64,000 nucleotides of DNA, taken from assembly GCA_964016885.1 (NCBI GenBank), contig OZ024741.1, forward strand, positions 385,516,001 to 385,580,000, written 5' to 3'. The notes below the pieces were generated by a model. That model saw only the letters and a program-made list of their open reading frames with translations. It was not told the DNA's origin and ran no database searches. Made by a program: the position numbers and the translations under genes. Origin of the DNA: Eledone cirrhosa. Taxonomy: Eukaryota. How positions within the stretch are numbered: position 1 is the first letter of the stretch; each line of letters starts with the position of its first letter. Shown one piece after another: positions 46,501-56,395 of the stretch.

Positions 46501-48808
46501 CCCAACAGAAATATTGTTCTTGCTCTTTGGTGCTAGACTTAATCTATTGCCTAGTATAACACTACCACCTTGTCCTTAAGTGCCTTTTGCAAGCATTCAG
46601 GCCAGTTCTCAAAACTGATCCCAGCAGTCACTGAACTTATTTTCAACAATCCACTGTTACTTTCTATGCACTGTCTTTTGTTTATAAGACAACAAAGTTG
46701 ATGTTTACAGTTAATCATGTATTGAATATTGAGATTTCCTTATCTGTTTCAAACTTATAGCTTTCTACTTTTCTTCATTTTTTAGTACTATTGTCGTCAC
46801 TGCGGTAACCATTTCTGTGCTAAATGTTGTGCTCAAAAAGTACCCAAGTCTCTGTTTGGAGCTACAGGTTAGTCATGTCCTTTCAATTACCTCTTTTATT
46901 ATATTAAATACTGATGTTTCATCACACATTGACATTAGGGTGGATTAGTTAAATAGATGAGAGATTTATGTCTCGGAGAAGAATTGTAAGTGTAGTATTT
47001 TTGTTAGAAGAAGGTGGTGAGTAGGGAAAAAGCAGTACCAAAGTCTATAGATGTTGATGTAGAGGAGAAAGAATTGTACAACAAATAGATGATGCCATCG
47101 AAGATATAAATTTGATCTTACTACAACAGCTATCGAAATTTACAGATTCCTATGTTATATATATATCATCATCATCATTTTTACGTCCATTTTTCCATGC
47201 TTCCATGGGTTGGACAGGTCCTTTTCAGCACAGCATCTCTCCACTCACTGCATTCCTCCATCATCTTCTCTATGAGTCTCAGTAATTTGAGATTAGCTCG
47301 CACCACCTCCAACCAGGTCTTTCTTTGTTTAGTTCTACTACAACTTCCTTCTGCTAGGATTTCCTGGCACTTCTTCACCTGCATATCGCTTCGGATTCTT
47401 TTTAAACCCAGTTTCACCTTCAGTTCATCCAAACTCTGCCTTTCTCTCACATTTACATTTGCACCTCCAATGAAGCTTGGTTGACTCAATTCTCTCCAGC
47501 CTATGCATGTCCCCTGCAATCGCAGCCTGTGTTTCACTATGTAGCATCGCAATTCATGCACAGGCATCATACAGCTGACCTTTTGTATATAGAGAGAAAC
47601 CTTTTGTTGTCAACAGTGGGACAGCTCTCTAAACTTCTTCCATCCTATCCTTATTCTAACTATTATGCCCTCGCAGCACCACCACCTTCCTCTGCTCATT
47701 AGGTCACCTCAATAGCAGAAGCTATCAACTATTTCCATGTATCCTTCCTGTGATTGGAAAAGGTATATATCACTGATGCTCTTGAGAATCGATTACCTCT
47801 GTGCATCTTCTACATACAAAGTCTTCCCTTTCTGTTAGTCTACCTATTATCCCACTACATCTCTTGTGTACCCAAGATTTACATTGTATAGAGTTTTATG
47901 CCTACTCCTTTTCTACATATTGAGCAGGGCCACTTCCCTGAAGGAATCAGTCCTAGCACTTTAGTTTTGACTAAGTTTACTCTCAGTCCTTTGGATTCCA
48001 AATTCTGTTTCCATAGGTGGTACTTATTTTCTAGTTGATTTATGGATTCAGCTATAAGGACCAGATCACCTGCATAAAGAAGTTCCTGTAGACGGCCAGT
48101 TTTAAACTCCTCTGTTACGGCCTGGAAAACTATGATGAACAGCAGTGTTCTGAAAACTGAACCCTGATGATTTACAGGTCCATATGTATACAAGTTTATA
48201 TTGGAGGACTGCTTGTTAGACAAAACCTCATTTACCAATGCTCTTCAACGACTTACCTATTATGAAGCTCTCTCTCTCTTCTCTCTACCCCCTAATAGGT
48301 TTTTTTTACACCTGCTTTCTCCCACCTAAAATTATTTATATCACATAATTATTTCTATCACTTATATAATGTCTCAATCACTACATCCTACTGCTGCAAC
48401 TCTCTAGAATTCTCTGTATTTATCCTCAATTGAATGGAAAAAGATGGATATTAACACACTGATATCCATCTTTTTCTGTTCAGTGAGTTTATACACCCTA
48501 TTATTAGACTGTTCTATTAGTCAAAAGGTTATGGCAAAGCCTCTTACTTCAATTTCAAACTTTAAACTTTCTAAACATACTTTCTTTGTTTAAGTAGGAT
48601 CATTTTAAGTTACTGATTTGTAACGGACAGTTTTGGGCAGGTTGGTATCAAAAGGGTTAATTGAACAGTTAATAGAAAATAATTTCATATAAAAAATGTT
48701 TCTCTATTTTCAATTTCAGCTCCTTCAGCCCAAACTGAGACTGTGCTTGTATGTAATACTTGCTACAATATGCTCATGAAGAAAGAAGACAAAGAAAAAC
48801 CAAGTTGA
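6032..48808 (+). CDS. ZFYVE27: Protrudin (ZFYVE27) orthologue, join(6032..6198,15823..15893,21899..22079,24301..24396,29621..29733,35503..35624,42136..42198,44723..44852,45562..45611,46786..46867,48720..48808), 387 aa
   Basis: Eleven GT-AG-bounded exons with compatible phases join into one 1164-nt ORF. Translation matches protrudin as I recall it: LDIANLV...LIEP...RRWRNP, hydrophobic segments, LIQVNDFL...ILKWEE, coiled coil MVARLMELKKRR, and atypical FYVE CNACNVSFSSILKRRYYCRHCGNHFCAKCCAQKVPKSLFGATAPSAQTETVLVCNTC (human: ...KVPKSSMGATAPEAQRETVFVCASC). The start codon is inferred; an upstream exon must exist because 6023 is a splice acceptor. Confidence 0.93.
6245..6400 (+). mobile_element. Degraded tRNA-derived SINE family 4 (related pieces 12250-12350-, 45950-46030+ and 46460-46505+)
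   Basis: caaccacatg...ttgggcaagt...ttggtaggcagaaactg signature. Confidence 0.6.
7195..7525 (+). mobile_element. Old RTE 3' fragment (similar remnants at ~11870-12230, 24750-25120, 35765-36005 and 42880-43045)
   Basis: RGRPRKTWLEVVRAD motif; acccatgcaagcatggaaaa...(GAT)n tail. Confidence 0.8.
7899..10990 (+). mobile_element. RTE-clade LINE (subfamily A), 5' truncated and defective: APE endonuclease, RT, PHD-like finger, 3' UTR, (GAT)n tail
   Basis: ORF pieces 7889..8626 (SAYAP, AGDFNGHVG, QIDFIL), 8679..9197, 9318..9893 (FVDLEKAFDRV, GVHQGSVLSP, YADD), 9957..10670; frameshift near 8610 and stops at 9195, 9300, 9891. Confidence 0.95.
11347..11693 (+). mobile_element. SINE family 2: tRNA head + CORE-like body + RTE-A 3' tail (copies 3225-3533-, 30914-31250+)
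   Basis: tggcttagtgg A-box, gttcaattc B-box, ccttgagcaagacactt; 3' part matches 10724-10885 of RTE-A; (GAT)n tail. Confidence 0.87.
12355..12525. repeat. Imperfect (CA)n-rich microsatellite; other (TA)n/(GA)n tracts at 3174-3211, 11306-11326, 13167-13260 and 13497-13530
   Basis: Direct inspection. Confidence 0.9.
12775..13168 (+). mobile_element. RTE subfamily B 3' end only
   Basis: Matches the 33835-34246 3' UTR; ends in (GAT)n. Confidence 0.88.
13675..13791. repeat. Near-perfect hairpin, 52-bp arms, 13-nt loop
   Basis: 13675-13726 vs 13740-13791, one mismatch. Confidence 0.95.
14203..14503. mobile_element. hAT-like MITE remnant
   Basis: Imperfect TIR tagggtttcccaacct / aggctgggaacccata; no clean TSD. 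Confidence 0.45.
15823..15893 (+). CDS. ZFYVE27: Protrudin coding exon 2 (RWRNPNLTIALWICCNIGCFVLSK)
   Basis: ttacag acceptor, gtaatg donor, 71 nt, phases fit neighbours. Confidence 0.9.
16081..17684 (-). mobile_element. RTE subfamily B, 5' truncated
   Basis: Minus ORFs 17381..17692, 17140..17376, 16568..17032; (CAT)n at 16081; candidate 8-bp TSD taattcat at 16076-16083 and 17685-17692. Confidence 0.95.
17940..19003 (+). mobile_element. Degraded non-LTR RT fragment of a different family (RTE-like)
   Basis: IDFTKAFDNV, YADNL, FVYLGHKL motifs; ORF 18260..18787. Confidence 0.85.
19355..20035 (+). mobile_element. CR1-clade LINE 3' end with internally duplicated 3' UTR
   Basis: VQRRATKRIP...PYSERL...TRGHAYKI...WNKLP motifs; ~100-bp 3' UTR repeated twice; (ATT)n-like tail; poly-T interruption at ~19490. 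Confidence 0.88.
20160..20435. repeat. Degenerate ~45-bp minisatellite (~6 units), reverse orientation of the RTE 3' UTR repeat
   Basis: ttacagggt.gactgggtgctttttgtcatggcaccagcact units. Confidence 0.82.
20455..21000 (-). mobile_element. Degraded CR1-like LINE fragment
   Basis: Minus strand encodes remnants such as YYKSF, VRPLLE-like and VSQLKIAFK of a CR1 RT C-terminal region. Confidence 0.5.
21899..22079 (+). CDS. ZFYVE27: Protrudin coding exon 3 (AASFVLVSLLVVAIATLSLIHIH...VREFQY)
   Basis: tttcag acceptor, gtaaat donor, 181 nt, hydrophobic segment. Confidence 0.9.
23487..23598. mobile_element. Small MITE with imperfect TIRs (PIF/Harbinger-like)
   Basis: cagagccatattta / taaatccggccctg. 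Confidence 0.4.
24301..24396 (+). CDS. ZFYVE27: Protrudin coding exon 4 (SLIQVNDFLIRCNEYLDSFYTILKWEEIGPSL)
   Basis: tttcag acceptor, gtaagt donor, 96 nt. Confidence 0.92.
25742..26098. repeat. Fold-back inverted repeat (~95-bp arms) with nested hairpin
   Basis: 25742-25840 is the reverse complement of 26005-26098; inner hairpin ~25826-25908 centred on ctga. Confidence 0.85.
26109..26548 (+). mobile_element. Penelope-like / retrozyme-like unit: ~90-bp direct repeats 346 bp apart enclosing a hammerhead
   Basis: 26109-26202 and 26450-26548 near identical (gtgtttttgcatagctac...tacgaaattccaatacatat). Confidence 0.65.
26363..26420 (+). ncRNA. Minimal type I hammerhead ribozyme motif
   Basis: CTGATGA (26375-81), stem II GAAC/GTTC with loop CAGTTCA, GAAA (26397-400), palindromic TGCA stem III, TC cleavage site (after 26406), stem I ggagggatcatc / gacgattgtccccc. 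Confidence 0.75.
27793..28370 (+). mobile_element. Non-autonomous Helitron (~578 bp) with internal (TG)-rich microsatellite
   Basis: Inserted between A and T; 5' TCTATATATT; subterminal hairpin tacccgg-gcgaag-ctgggta (28341-28360); 3' CTAG; no TSD. Confidence 0.8.
29060..29320. repeat. 48-bp minisatellite (~5 units) at the start of an RTE-type 3' UTR remnant extending to ~29480
   Basis: acaaaaagcacccagttcatcctgttaggtagatgtgctggtgacatg repeats. Confidence 0.9.
29621..29733 (+). CDS. ZFYVE27: Protrudin coding exon 5 (RFHIEICSFLIFLTMFPARWNFILFFNWFFLGHEEMLK), hydrophobic hairpin region
   Basis: ttccag acceptor, gtaagt donor, 113 nt. Confidence 0.92.
30400..30735 (-). mobile_element. 3' remnant of the same family as 17940-19003
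   Basis: Reverse complement matches 18590-19000 (e.g. gcagtctgcaactgg, catataaaaagatcaactc). Confidence 0.75.
31530..34246 (+). mobile_element. RTE subfamily B, 5' truncated, young but defective
   Basis: 424-aa RT ORF 31762..33036 (YADD), PHD-like finger, C-terminal ORF 33316..33750, 3' UTR, (GAT)n. Confidence 0.96.
35503..35624 (+). CDS. ZFYVE27: Protrudin coding exon 6 (YLSKKSEFVMAKLKVETELEAENSTADPKVPEMESNGQNEQ)
   Basis: tttcag acceptor, gtgaga donor, 122 nt, phases fit. Confidence 0.85.
38716..41680 (+). mobile_element. Older degraded RTE LINE interrupted by a nested younger RTE
   Basis: Fragmentary RT and PHD frames (38983..39237, 40030..40341); host sequence resumes at 41541. Confidence 0.9.
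40621..41533 (+). mobile_element. Nested RTE subfamily B 3' fragment with 7-bp TSD gatgaca
   Basis: gatgaca at 40614-40620 and 41534-41540; near identical to 33301-34246. Confidence 0.92.
42136..42198 (+). CDS. ZFYVE27: Protrudin coding exon 7 (VQSKKAENEESPEKEEISTSD), acidic linker
   Basis: tatcag acceptor, gtaaga donor, 63 nt, phase 0-0. Confidence 0.75.
44522..44737 (+). repeat. Five tandem ~45-bp copies spanning the intron/exon-8 acceptor junction
   Basis: Unit ~ttttctattttacttattctag|ggagaatttgacttttgacatc. Confidence 0.88.
44723..44852 (+). CDS. ZFYVE27: Protrudin coding exon 8 (GEFDFVNCDS...MVARLMELKKRRQYIAS), coiled coil
   Basis: ttctag acceptor, gtgaga donor, 130 nt. Confidence 0.88.
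45562..45611 (+). CDS. ZFYVE27: Protrudin coding exon 9 (GACNACNVSFSSILKRR), FYVE start
   Basis: ttacag acceptor, gtaagt donor, 50 nt. Confidence 0.92.
46786..46867 (+). CDS. ZFYVE27: Protrudin coding exon 10 (YYCRHCGNHFCAKCCAQKVPKSLFGAT), FYVE core
   Basis: ttttag acceptor, gttagt donor, 82 nt. Confidence 0.94.
47166..48175 (-). mobile_element. Old RTE fragment (RT C-terminus to tail)
   Basis: ORFs 47879..48238 (HQGSV...LLYAGDL) and 47181..47570; (CAT)n at 47166. Confidence 0.88.
48720..48808 (+). CDS. ZFYVE27: Protrudin terminal coding exon (APSAQTETVLVCNTCYNMLMKKEDKEKPS*)
   Basis: tttcag acceptor, TGA at 48806-48808. Confidence 0.93.
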
Positions 48809-51800
48809 ATAATTCTTTGGTGGTAGAATGTCTTCTGAACTACAGACTTTAAAAGCATCAGACACTCCGTGAGAAAAGCGCGACTTACTCCTCAGCAAGC
48901 CCACAACCACTTGCTGCTACAAGTGATACTCACTGTTCTGACAAGAGTATGGACATCAGTATTATTTCAAAGAGACAGCTAACAATCATACTTCCAATTT
49001 CCTTCTATTCTTTTCATTAGAGTTTTTTTTTTTTTCTCATTGCTAAAGTTTAACTTTAGAGATTCACACCTTATCTTCTAGTTCTGTGAGTAAACACTCC
49101 AAATGGAATAATGTTATTTGAATCACAATAGGCTTGCATCTGAAACCACATGTGGAGAACTTAGATCATGTTTCAAAGCTTAGTAAGAGGTGTTTTATAA
49201 TTTAAAAAGTTAAAAATTCTCTTTATTTTGTGAGTAGTATGGAAGCAGAATGCAATAACTTATTTTTAAATAACCCTCTTCAACTTATATATGTAAGTAT
49301 GTGTGTGTGCATGCATATATATATACACACACACACACACATTTTTATTTCAGTTGAGTTATCCTTCCATACAGAGCTTTATTTTTAGTTTGAAGAGTGA
49401 GTATAATTTATCTGCTCAAAAGATAGGGTTGGGATTATATTCTATATGTGAGAAATATATTTGACAAATTATATTTGCTTATATTTCAAATGAGCGTAAC
49501 TGTTCCACTGAAGCTATCTGCAAATTACTTGGCTTATATTTGATTAACAAGACGTCTGTTCATATTATAGTTATAACAGAAACTATCATCTATTCATGTT
49601 ATAGTTATACATAAGGGAAACTAGGCATCTTCATGTTTTAGTTATGAAGGAAACTAGATATCTGTTTATATTATAGTTGAGGGAAACTCGGAATCTGTTC
49701 ATATGATAAATGAAGAAAACTATAGAGATATGTTCCTGTTATAAATGTGGGAAACTAGGCATAAGTATTGTCATCATAGATAATGGCAGATTGATCTGAA
49801 ATTTAACATTGAGAAAATTAGACACAACCCATATCTGTTAACTTTATGTTGCAGGGCAACATATAGGTAAAACTTTTTATGCCATTATGTTTAGTTATTA
49901 ACTTGGAACTTATACAATTTAAGATAGTTGACACCACTTTCAGTCTTTTATATATTCTTGCATAAAAAAAAAAAAATCCATGTTTTGTCCCACAATTAGC
50001 AGACGTTATTGTGAGGTGTGTGGTACAAGTGAATCTTAAAAGCCAGTCTTCACTGCTTTTGACAGCTAAGAGTTATGCTAATTTGTAATAAAAATTCAAA
50101 TCATTATTATTAACATGCCTTTATATCCTGCTGTGGTAAAAGTTGCCTTTCATCTCAACTGTCTAGTATTATATAAATACTAGTATAGTACTTTCATCAT
50201 CATGAAATCATGTAGATATGAGAAATCCTTATTATAGCCTTATTGCATCAGTGACTTGATCTTTGAATTTGCTTATGCTGTATTCTCGTAAAATTATGTT
50301 CATTCTTTCCTGATCTTTTTATCTGCTACAATGAGGTCTCGTGGTTTATTTTGAACAAGATAGGAACATTTTATAAGTAAAAATCAACTGTTTCAGTCAA
50401 ACAAGCATTTAACATTATACACTGATTTATTCAAGTGGCCCCACTTCTTTACTGACTCGGACTGTGAAGACCCATCCAACTCTTGCTAGCAAGGAAAATG
50501 GATGTTAAATGATGAGCATGATGATTATGTGCCCTTATCTTAGTTTATAATAACCAAGGCATGGATTCTAGTTTGAATAAATCACTGTATAATAGTGACA
50601 ATTCCTCATCTCAGAAATGTATATAAATTCATTCAATAATGGATGAGTGTGAAATTGTTCTGGTTAAGACTACAGCAATATATAATAAAGGCAGGATATT
50701 ATGAATATAGGAGATTTCAATAGAAATCAGTAAATACAACAGGAAAATATGGAAGTTTGAAGTGAATTACTATCCTTTACACAGTTTTTACTTCTAGAAT
50801 TGAAAAGCTTACATTTGAAAACAATTTCTACATTAAATAAAATACTTCAGTTATATATTAGTATATTTCTCCACGTGTGTGTCTCCAAACCTCCTTCCTT
50901 CCTGCCAAAAAATCATTTACAGTGTCTCTCACTTCAATTAAATAACTGCAGGACATGTCTGATATAATAGAGAAAAAAAAACATTGTTTGATTGCTGATT
51001 TCTTTGAAAGACAATCTGTTGGATGAAGGTGAAATATTGATTGGTTATATGTATCCATCTCTCTATATATACAGGGCTAAACAGCCTAAAGTATGTAGTC
51101 TAGTGATCTATATTCCAGACATATAAATTTGATATTGAAGAATGAACCTTTGATATAGACTTACCAACCAGTTTATATATTGTGGATTATGAAAAATAAA
51201 ATAAATATGAAAGCATTGGGTTTATATTATCAGATAACAAAGAGTGTGTTGGTAATTCTGTTTCTAGGGTTATAAGTCCATCCTGTTTAAGGATTAAGTG
51301 CTTCTAAACCAACAAAAGAAGAATGCTTTATTAAGGCAAGGTAATATTTTGAACTGAATTTTCCAGATCTGCGGCATTATAATATTTTCAACATACTATT
51401 TCAAGCACCTGGCCAAAGATTTTTCTTTAAATTGAATTATTTATTATCAGCTAGCAATGCAGATATTTTTCAGAATTTTATTTAACAAGGAACATTTTGA
51501 AAGATTGCACGACATATCTAATCTCCTCCTCGGTGTTGTTCACATTTTCTTATAACATTGTTGACCTTTTCATTGTCATCGGAGAAAATTTACAGTAAAT
51601 CTGACATTTCATTCCTAATGGAATCATCTCTAATGAAGCAAAACTGAAATTAAATGATTTAGGTTTCTACAACCGTCTGCATCAAACTACTTACAATCTT
51701 TTACAAAGAATTGGTTTTATCTAGTCTTATTAAGACTGTTGTTAATACTGAGCATGAGACATGTGGTTTTAATTTAAAAGCAATCAATGTTCAAATGGAT

Positions 51801-52480
51801 TCATTTTGTTTTAATCTTTCATTGGTCTGAGATGGAAAATTTTACGTAATTTAAAATAAGAATTCAATTTGTCATGTGACCCCAAGCACCTATTTGATTG
51901 CTTGTGAGCTAGAAATAATTTTTTGTGGGGCTGACCCTCACATAAAATTGACTGCAAATTTTATGTTTCAAGACTGAATTTGAAAGTAACTATGATCAAA
52001 ACCCTCAATAGTAAATCAGAGTGCAGTCAATTTATTTAAATTCTTTTGAAAACAAAACAAAAAAAATTACTGCTTTGAAGGACTGTGTTTGCTATAAAAA
52101 AAAAATTGATCTGTCTTCCTTCTTCCTATACAAAATAAAAAAAATTAAAAACAATGAGAACTGTGAACAAATGACTACATATTTCTGTTTGATGTTGCTG
52201 TTTGTGGTGGGTGATAACAAGTAGTCAGTTTTTATTTACAATGTTCAACCAAATTAGATTGTTATTGTGATGTTATATTGAAATGAAACTCACTTGTTAA
52301 ATCCATCACCAAATGGTTTTTTTTTTTTTTGTTTTTTTGCCTTCCTTCTTTGATATGAAATATTCTCATGCAATTTTCCGAAGACTTATTGACATTGAGT
52401 ATTTCACTCCATTTGCAATTGTGATAAACTGTCTTTATTATATAAATAATAATATAAATATAATATAATAATAGAAAATT
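48809..52480 (+). other. Probable long protrudin 3' UTR (end uncertain)
   Basis: ~3.6 kb AT-rich tract nearly free of the SINE/LINE insertions dense elsewhere; several AATAAA (near 50577, 50837, 51196, 52134). Inference only. Confidence 0.45.
49555..49762. repeat. Degenerate ~35-bp tandem repeat (~6 units) in the putative protrudin 3' UTR
   Basis: tctgttcat.ttatagtt...gaaacta units. Confidence 0.7.
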
Positions 52481-53729
52481 TTATATAGCTCTGAGAATCT
52501 TTCAAAATTATGCTGGACTTGATTTATTTTACTTTTGTTTTCATACAAACGTTTTCTATATCATTTATATGCAGCTATTATCTGATATTAATCCAAGATG
52601 ACTTTAGAAGATACAATTAGTTGATATTACTATTTAGGGGGCGGTGGATTGGCAGGGTCGGACGCCATGCTTTCCAGCATAGTTACGTCCCTTTACGATC
52701 TGAGTTCAAATCCCGCCGAGGTTGACTTTGCCTTTCATCCTTACGGGGTCAATAAAATAAAGTACCAGTAATGCACTGGGTTATTGCTGGCCTTGTGCCT
52801 AAAGTAGAAACAATTACTATTAACATTACACTTCTCAACAGCTTTTCTTGCAGTTCTCTCTAGAAATATCACATGGTTATGTCTTGGTACAAACTTTGTG
52901 AAGGTACATGGCTTAATGGTTAGGATGCCAGATGTACAATTATGTCATCGGTTCAATTTCTGCCTGGAGTTCTTGACCAAACCACTTTATTTCACGTTGC
53001 TCCAGTACTCTGTTGAGATGAGTACCAGCAAAAACTGGGGAGTTAAACCTGCGTTAGACCGCTGTTCTAACCAGGGATAAGCACCAGCCTGATCAGCTTT
53101 TGGCTTAGAACACACTTTTGATTCACCTTTTATATTATCCAATATCTTATGTATCACCACACTTGCAACAATTTACGATTATTCTGCCAGTCATTAGAGA
53201 TAACATATTCCTGGTTAAATGCCTACATATCCAAGATGGTAAATTAGAGTTATTAAGGCATCAGATTAAATGTATTTGTATTTATTCTGGCTCACTGCAC
53301 TCTGAGTTCAAATCCTATGAAAGTCAACACAGTGCAAGTCTAGTACTGGTGCTGAGTCAAAGTAAAATCTTTCAACATTTTATATAAGAACTTAAGTTAC
53401 TAGCTTAGTAATGAAATAATTTAGGAAATCCCTCAATTTTTCATTAATTAATTGAAACAATGTATTAGAAATAGTCACAAAAGGGTTAAAAATGTTTGAT
53501 TTGACATTAAGAAGACCAAATCTACCACTGGCCTCTTTTTTAATCATCCATTACCAGCCCTAACAAACTCTGCCATTACTATAACTGTCCTAGCCCTGCA
53601 CCAAAAATTTCCTTTACCATTATGTATGGATGAGCTGAGGATAAATGGAACAACCTTATTAATAAATGAATATGAATCCGCAAGTTACCAAGCAAAGCTT
53701 TAATTCAGAGACAGGTAGCATACACCCCA

Positions 53730-55176
53730 TTCCCGCAAAAATTCACTCCCACGAATGATGGCAAATGCCCAAAACTCCAGGTTGGAACCATCAATGTAAG
53801 AAAGTGCAGGAGAAATCAGAGATGCTAGAGCAAAAGGAAATTGCTGTGTGCAAGAGACTAGATGGAAAGGAGAGTCTGCTAGAGTCCTTGTAGGCAAAAA
53901 TCAGTGCTACAAATTTTTCTGGGTGGGAAATGGGATGGGTGGTGTAGGTATACTATTAGCTGATAAATGGGTAGATAAGGTAATCTCAGTGAACAGGGTG
54001 AATGCAAGAATCATTAAACTCAGACTAGTCCTGAATAAAACAATTGCCACAATCATGAGCTTACGCACTCCAATTGGGGCTGCCAGATGAACTTAAGGAT
54101 AGGTTTTACAAGTCCTTAATGCAAGAACACCACCACTGCCCTAACAAACGAAAATGACTTCCTAATCATTGTAGGAGACTTTAATGGACACGTTGGGAAA
54201 CACCATGACAGCTTTTATAGAGTCCAAGGAGGCTATGGGTTTGGCACAAGAAATGAAGAAGGCTTCTAGAATTGTGTGATGCCAATGACATGTCAATATG
54301 TAACACAAACTTCAAAAAACCCGACAACAATCTGATCAGCTATAGATCAGGTGAGCATTCTAGTCAGATAGATTTTATCCTCATCAGAGGACGAGATAGA
54401 TGGACGGTTGTAAACACAAAAGCCTTCTCTGGTGAGGAATGTACCTCCCAACATAGCTTAGTTGTCAGCGACCTCACTGTGAAAACTAGATGAACCTGGA
54501 GAAAGATCTGGAAGCTGAAAGACCCCTCAGCCAGTAACAGATTTAAAGATATCTTACTCGATGCCTATTACAGTAAAGAAGAACAGATGGAGACATTCAA
54601 TGTAGAAGAGCACTGGGAGTTCCTAAAAAATAACTTACTAAAGGCGACGGACAAGATATGTGGTTGGAGCAAGACCACAGGGAGGAGGAGAGTGACTTGG
54701 TGGAACAATAAGGTAGATGAGGCAATTAAGGCTAAGAGACCGGAATGGAAGAAGGGGAAAGCAGGGTACATTACATAGAGACCAGGAGGGAAGCTAGGCG
54801 AGAAGGGAAGTGGAGGATAAAAAATTCAAGCATGTTTTGCAACGTGAGAACCAGAGACGGAAAATTGTGATGTCATTGGAGAGAAGTGTGTCCCGAATGA
54901 TAAAGGTGAGCTTGCCCTCACAAGTGCTGAGAAGAAAGATGCGTGGAAGAGCCATTATGAAAGATTACTAAATGAGGAGAAAGAGACCCTACCCCAAGTG
55001 GACCCTATAGAGGGGCCAGCAGCAGCATAGTAAGTAAGGAAATTAAAGATATGAAGACTGGGAAAGCAACCAGTCCATTGGGTATAGCTGCCAAGATGCT
55101 GAAAGCATCTGGATCAGTAGGTCACACCATAACCACACATATTGTTAACCAGGGAAAAGCTGACTTAAAATGATGT
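53730..55176 (+). mobile_element. RTE subfamily A 5' portion (APE N-terminus to pre-RT) fused to an RTE-type tail
   Basis: VQETRWKG, GVGILL, QIDFIL motifs; colinear with 7899-9165; ends gggaaaagctgacttaaaatgatg. Confidence 0.9.
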
Positions 55177-56298
55177 AATTATGAAAACTGGTTGATTCAA
55201 ACATGCTTCTGTATAGTTAATGTTTAAGGTCTTTTGGGAGTTGTCATCAAACAAAATGTTTTATCTTAGATTTTTGCACCATAGGGCATCCATTAACTTT
55301 TTCAAAACCATATTTTTAATGAAAGACTACTTATAATTTTCAATTGATTTTGAAAATAATCCAGAATTTGGAAATTTAGTAATAACTTTTTCTTTATTTA
55401 GCTGGTGTTTGGAGCATAATTTAAAGGTTCTTACCATAATTTTTTTAAAATTTTCTTTAGACAATAAACAGTTCATTTTTGTAGAACCAAGGGGAGGGGG
55501 TAGTTTAGAATAAAAAACAGGTCATTGATTTTGATTTAAGGTTTCTTTTTAACAGTTTGCCAACAACCTGCGAAGAACTAAATCAATATCTGGTGATTCA
55601 AAACATGTTTATGCATCTGGTACAGACAGCTTTGGGGATGAGCTATTTAGGATAAAGGAAGTCAGCAGACCAAAGAAGTGGTTCAAAGACCAGCTGTAGA
55701 CCATTTTGAAGAGGAGTGTCATCAACTCTTCAAGAATGGAAGACAGTTCCCTGTTGTTAGCTTTGGTATTTTCACTTTAGGAGAGGGAGTAAAGATATGA
55801 AGAGGAAAAACATACACAGCCCTATGAGGAGAAAAGAGACATACACACAGGGTAATGCCTGACCTCTCAAACCAAACATTCACATGACTATCTTCGGTAG
55901 AAGCTGCACATCAAGAATTAGGATGTACAGCCATCAAAGGATCCACCAAGATAGTCATGAAGCAAAAAGTTTGTGAGCATGGACTTCATGCTGTGATAAG
56001 AGTTAAATCTTAACATCCTGTAGCACATTAGCAAGACATTCTTGAAAAGTACCAAACAACACTATTACTACATCACATTGAACATTTTCACAACAATTTG
56101 TCCATTAGCAATGATACTATAAATATTTGAATTAACAAATCTTTAAATACCAATATATGGTAAATATGATAGTAAATAAGCTCAAATGGAGGTGAAGTTA
56201 GAGAGAGTGTGTGAGACATCTGTAAAACAAGTTTAATGCATTTGGAAGATGAAAAAACACAAAACTGTATTAAAGAAAGTCTTCAGGAATATTTTTAA

Positions 56299-56304
56299 TT
56301 TATT
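56299..56304 (-). promoter_or_regulatory. Candidate poly(A) signal (AATAAA) of the SEC23IP-like gene
   Basis: tttatt on + strand ~90 nt past the stop codon. Confidence 0.45.
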
Positions 56305-56395
56305 CATAAATTTAACCACAAGTTAATGCCATACTTACATAGCTTAGAATTAATTGTTATTTGAAAAAGAAACTTAGTTCAGATCTAACAGACAT

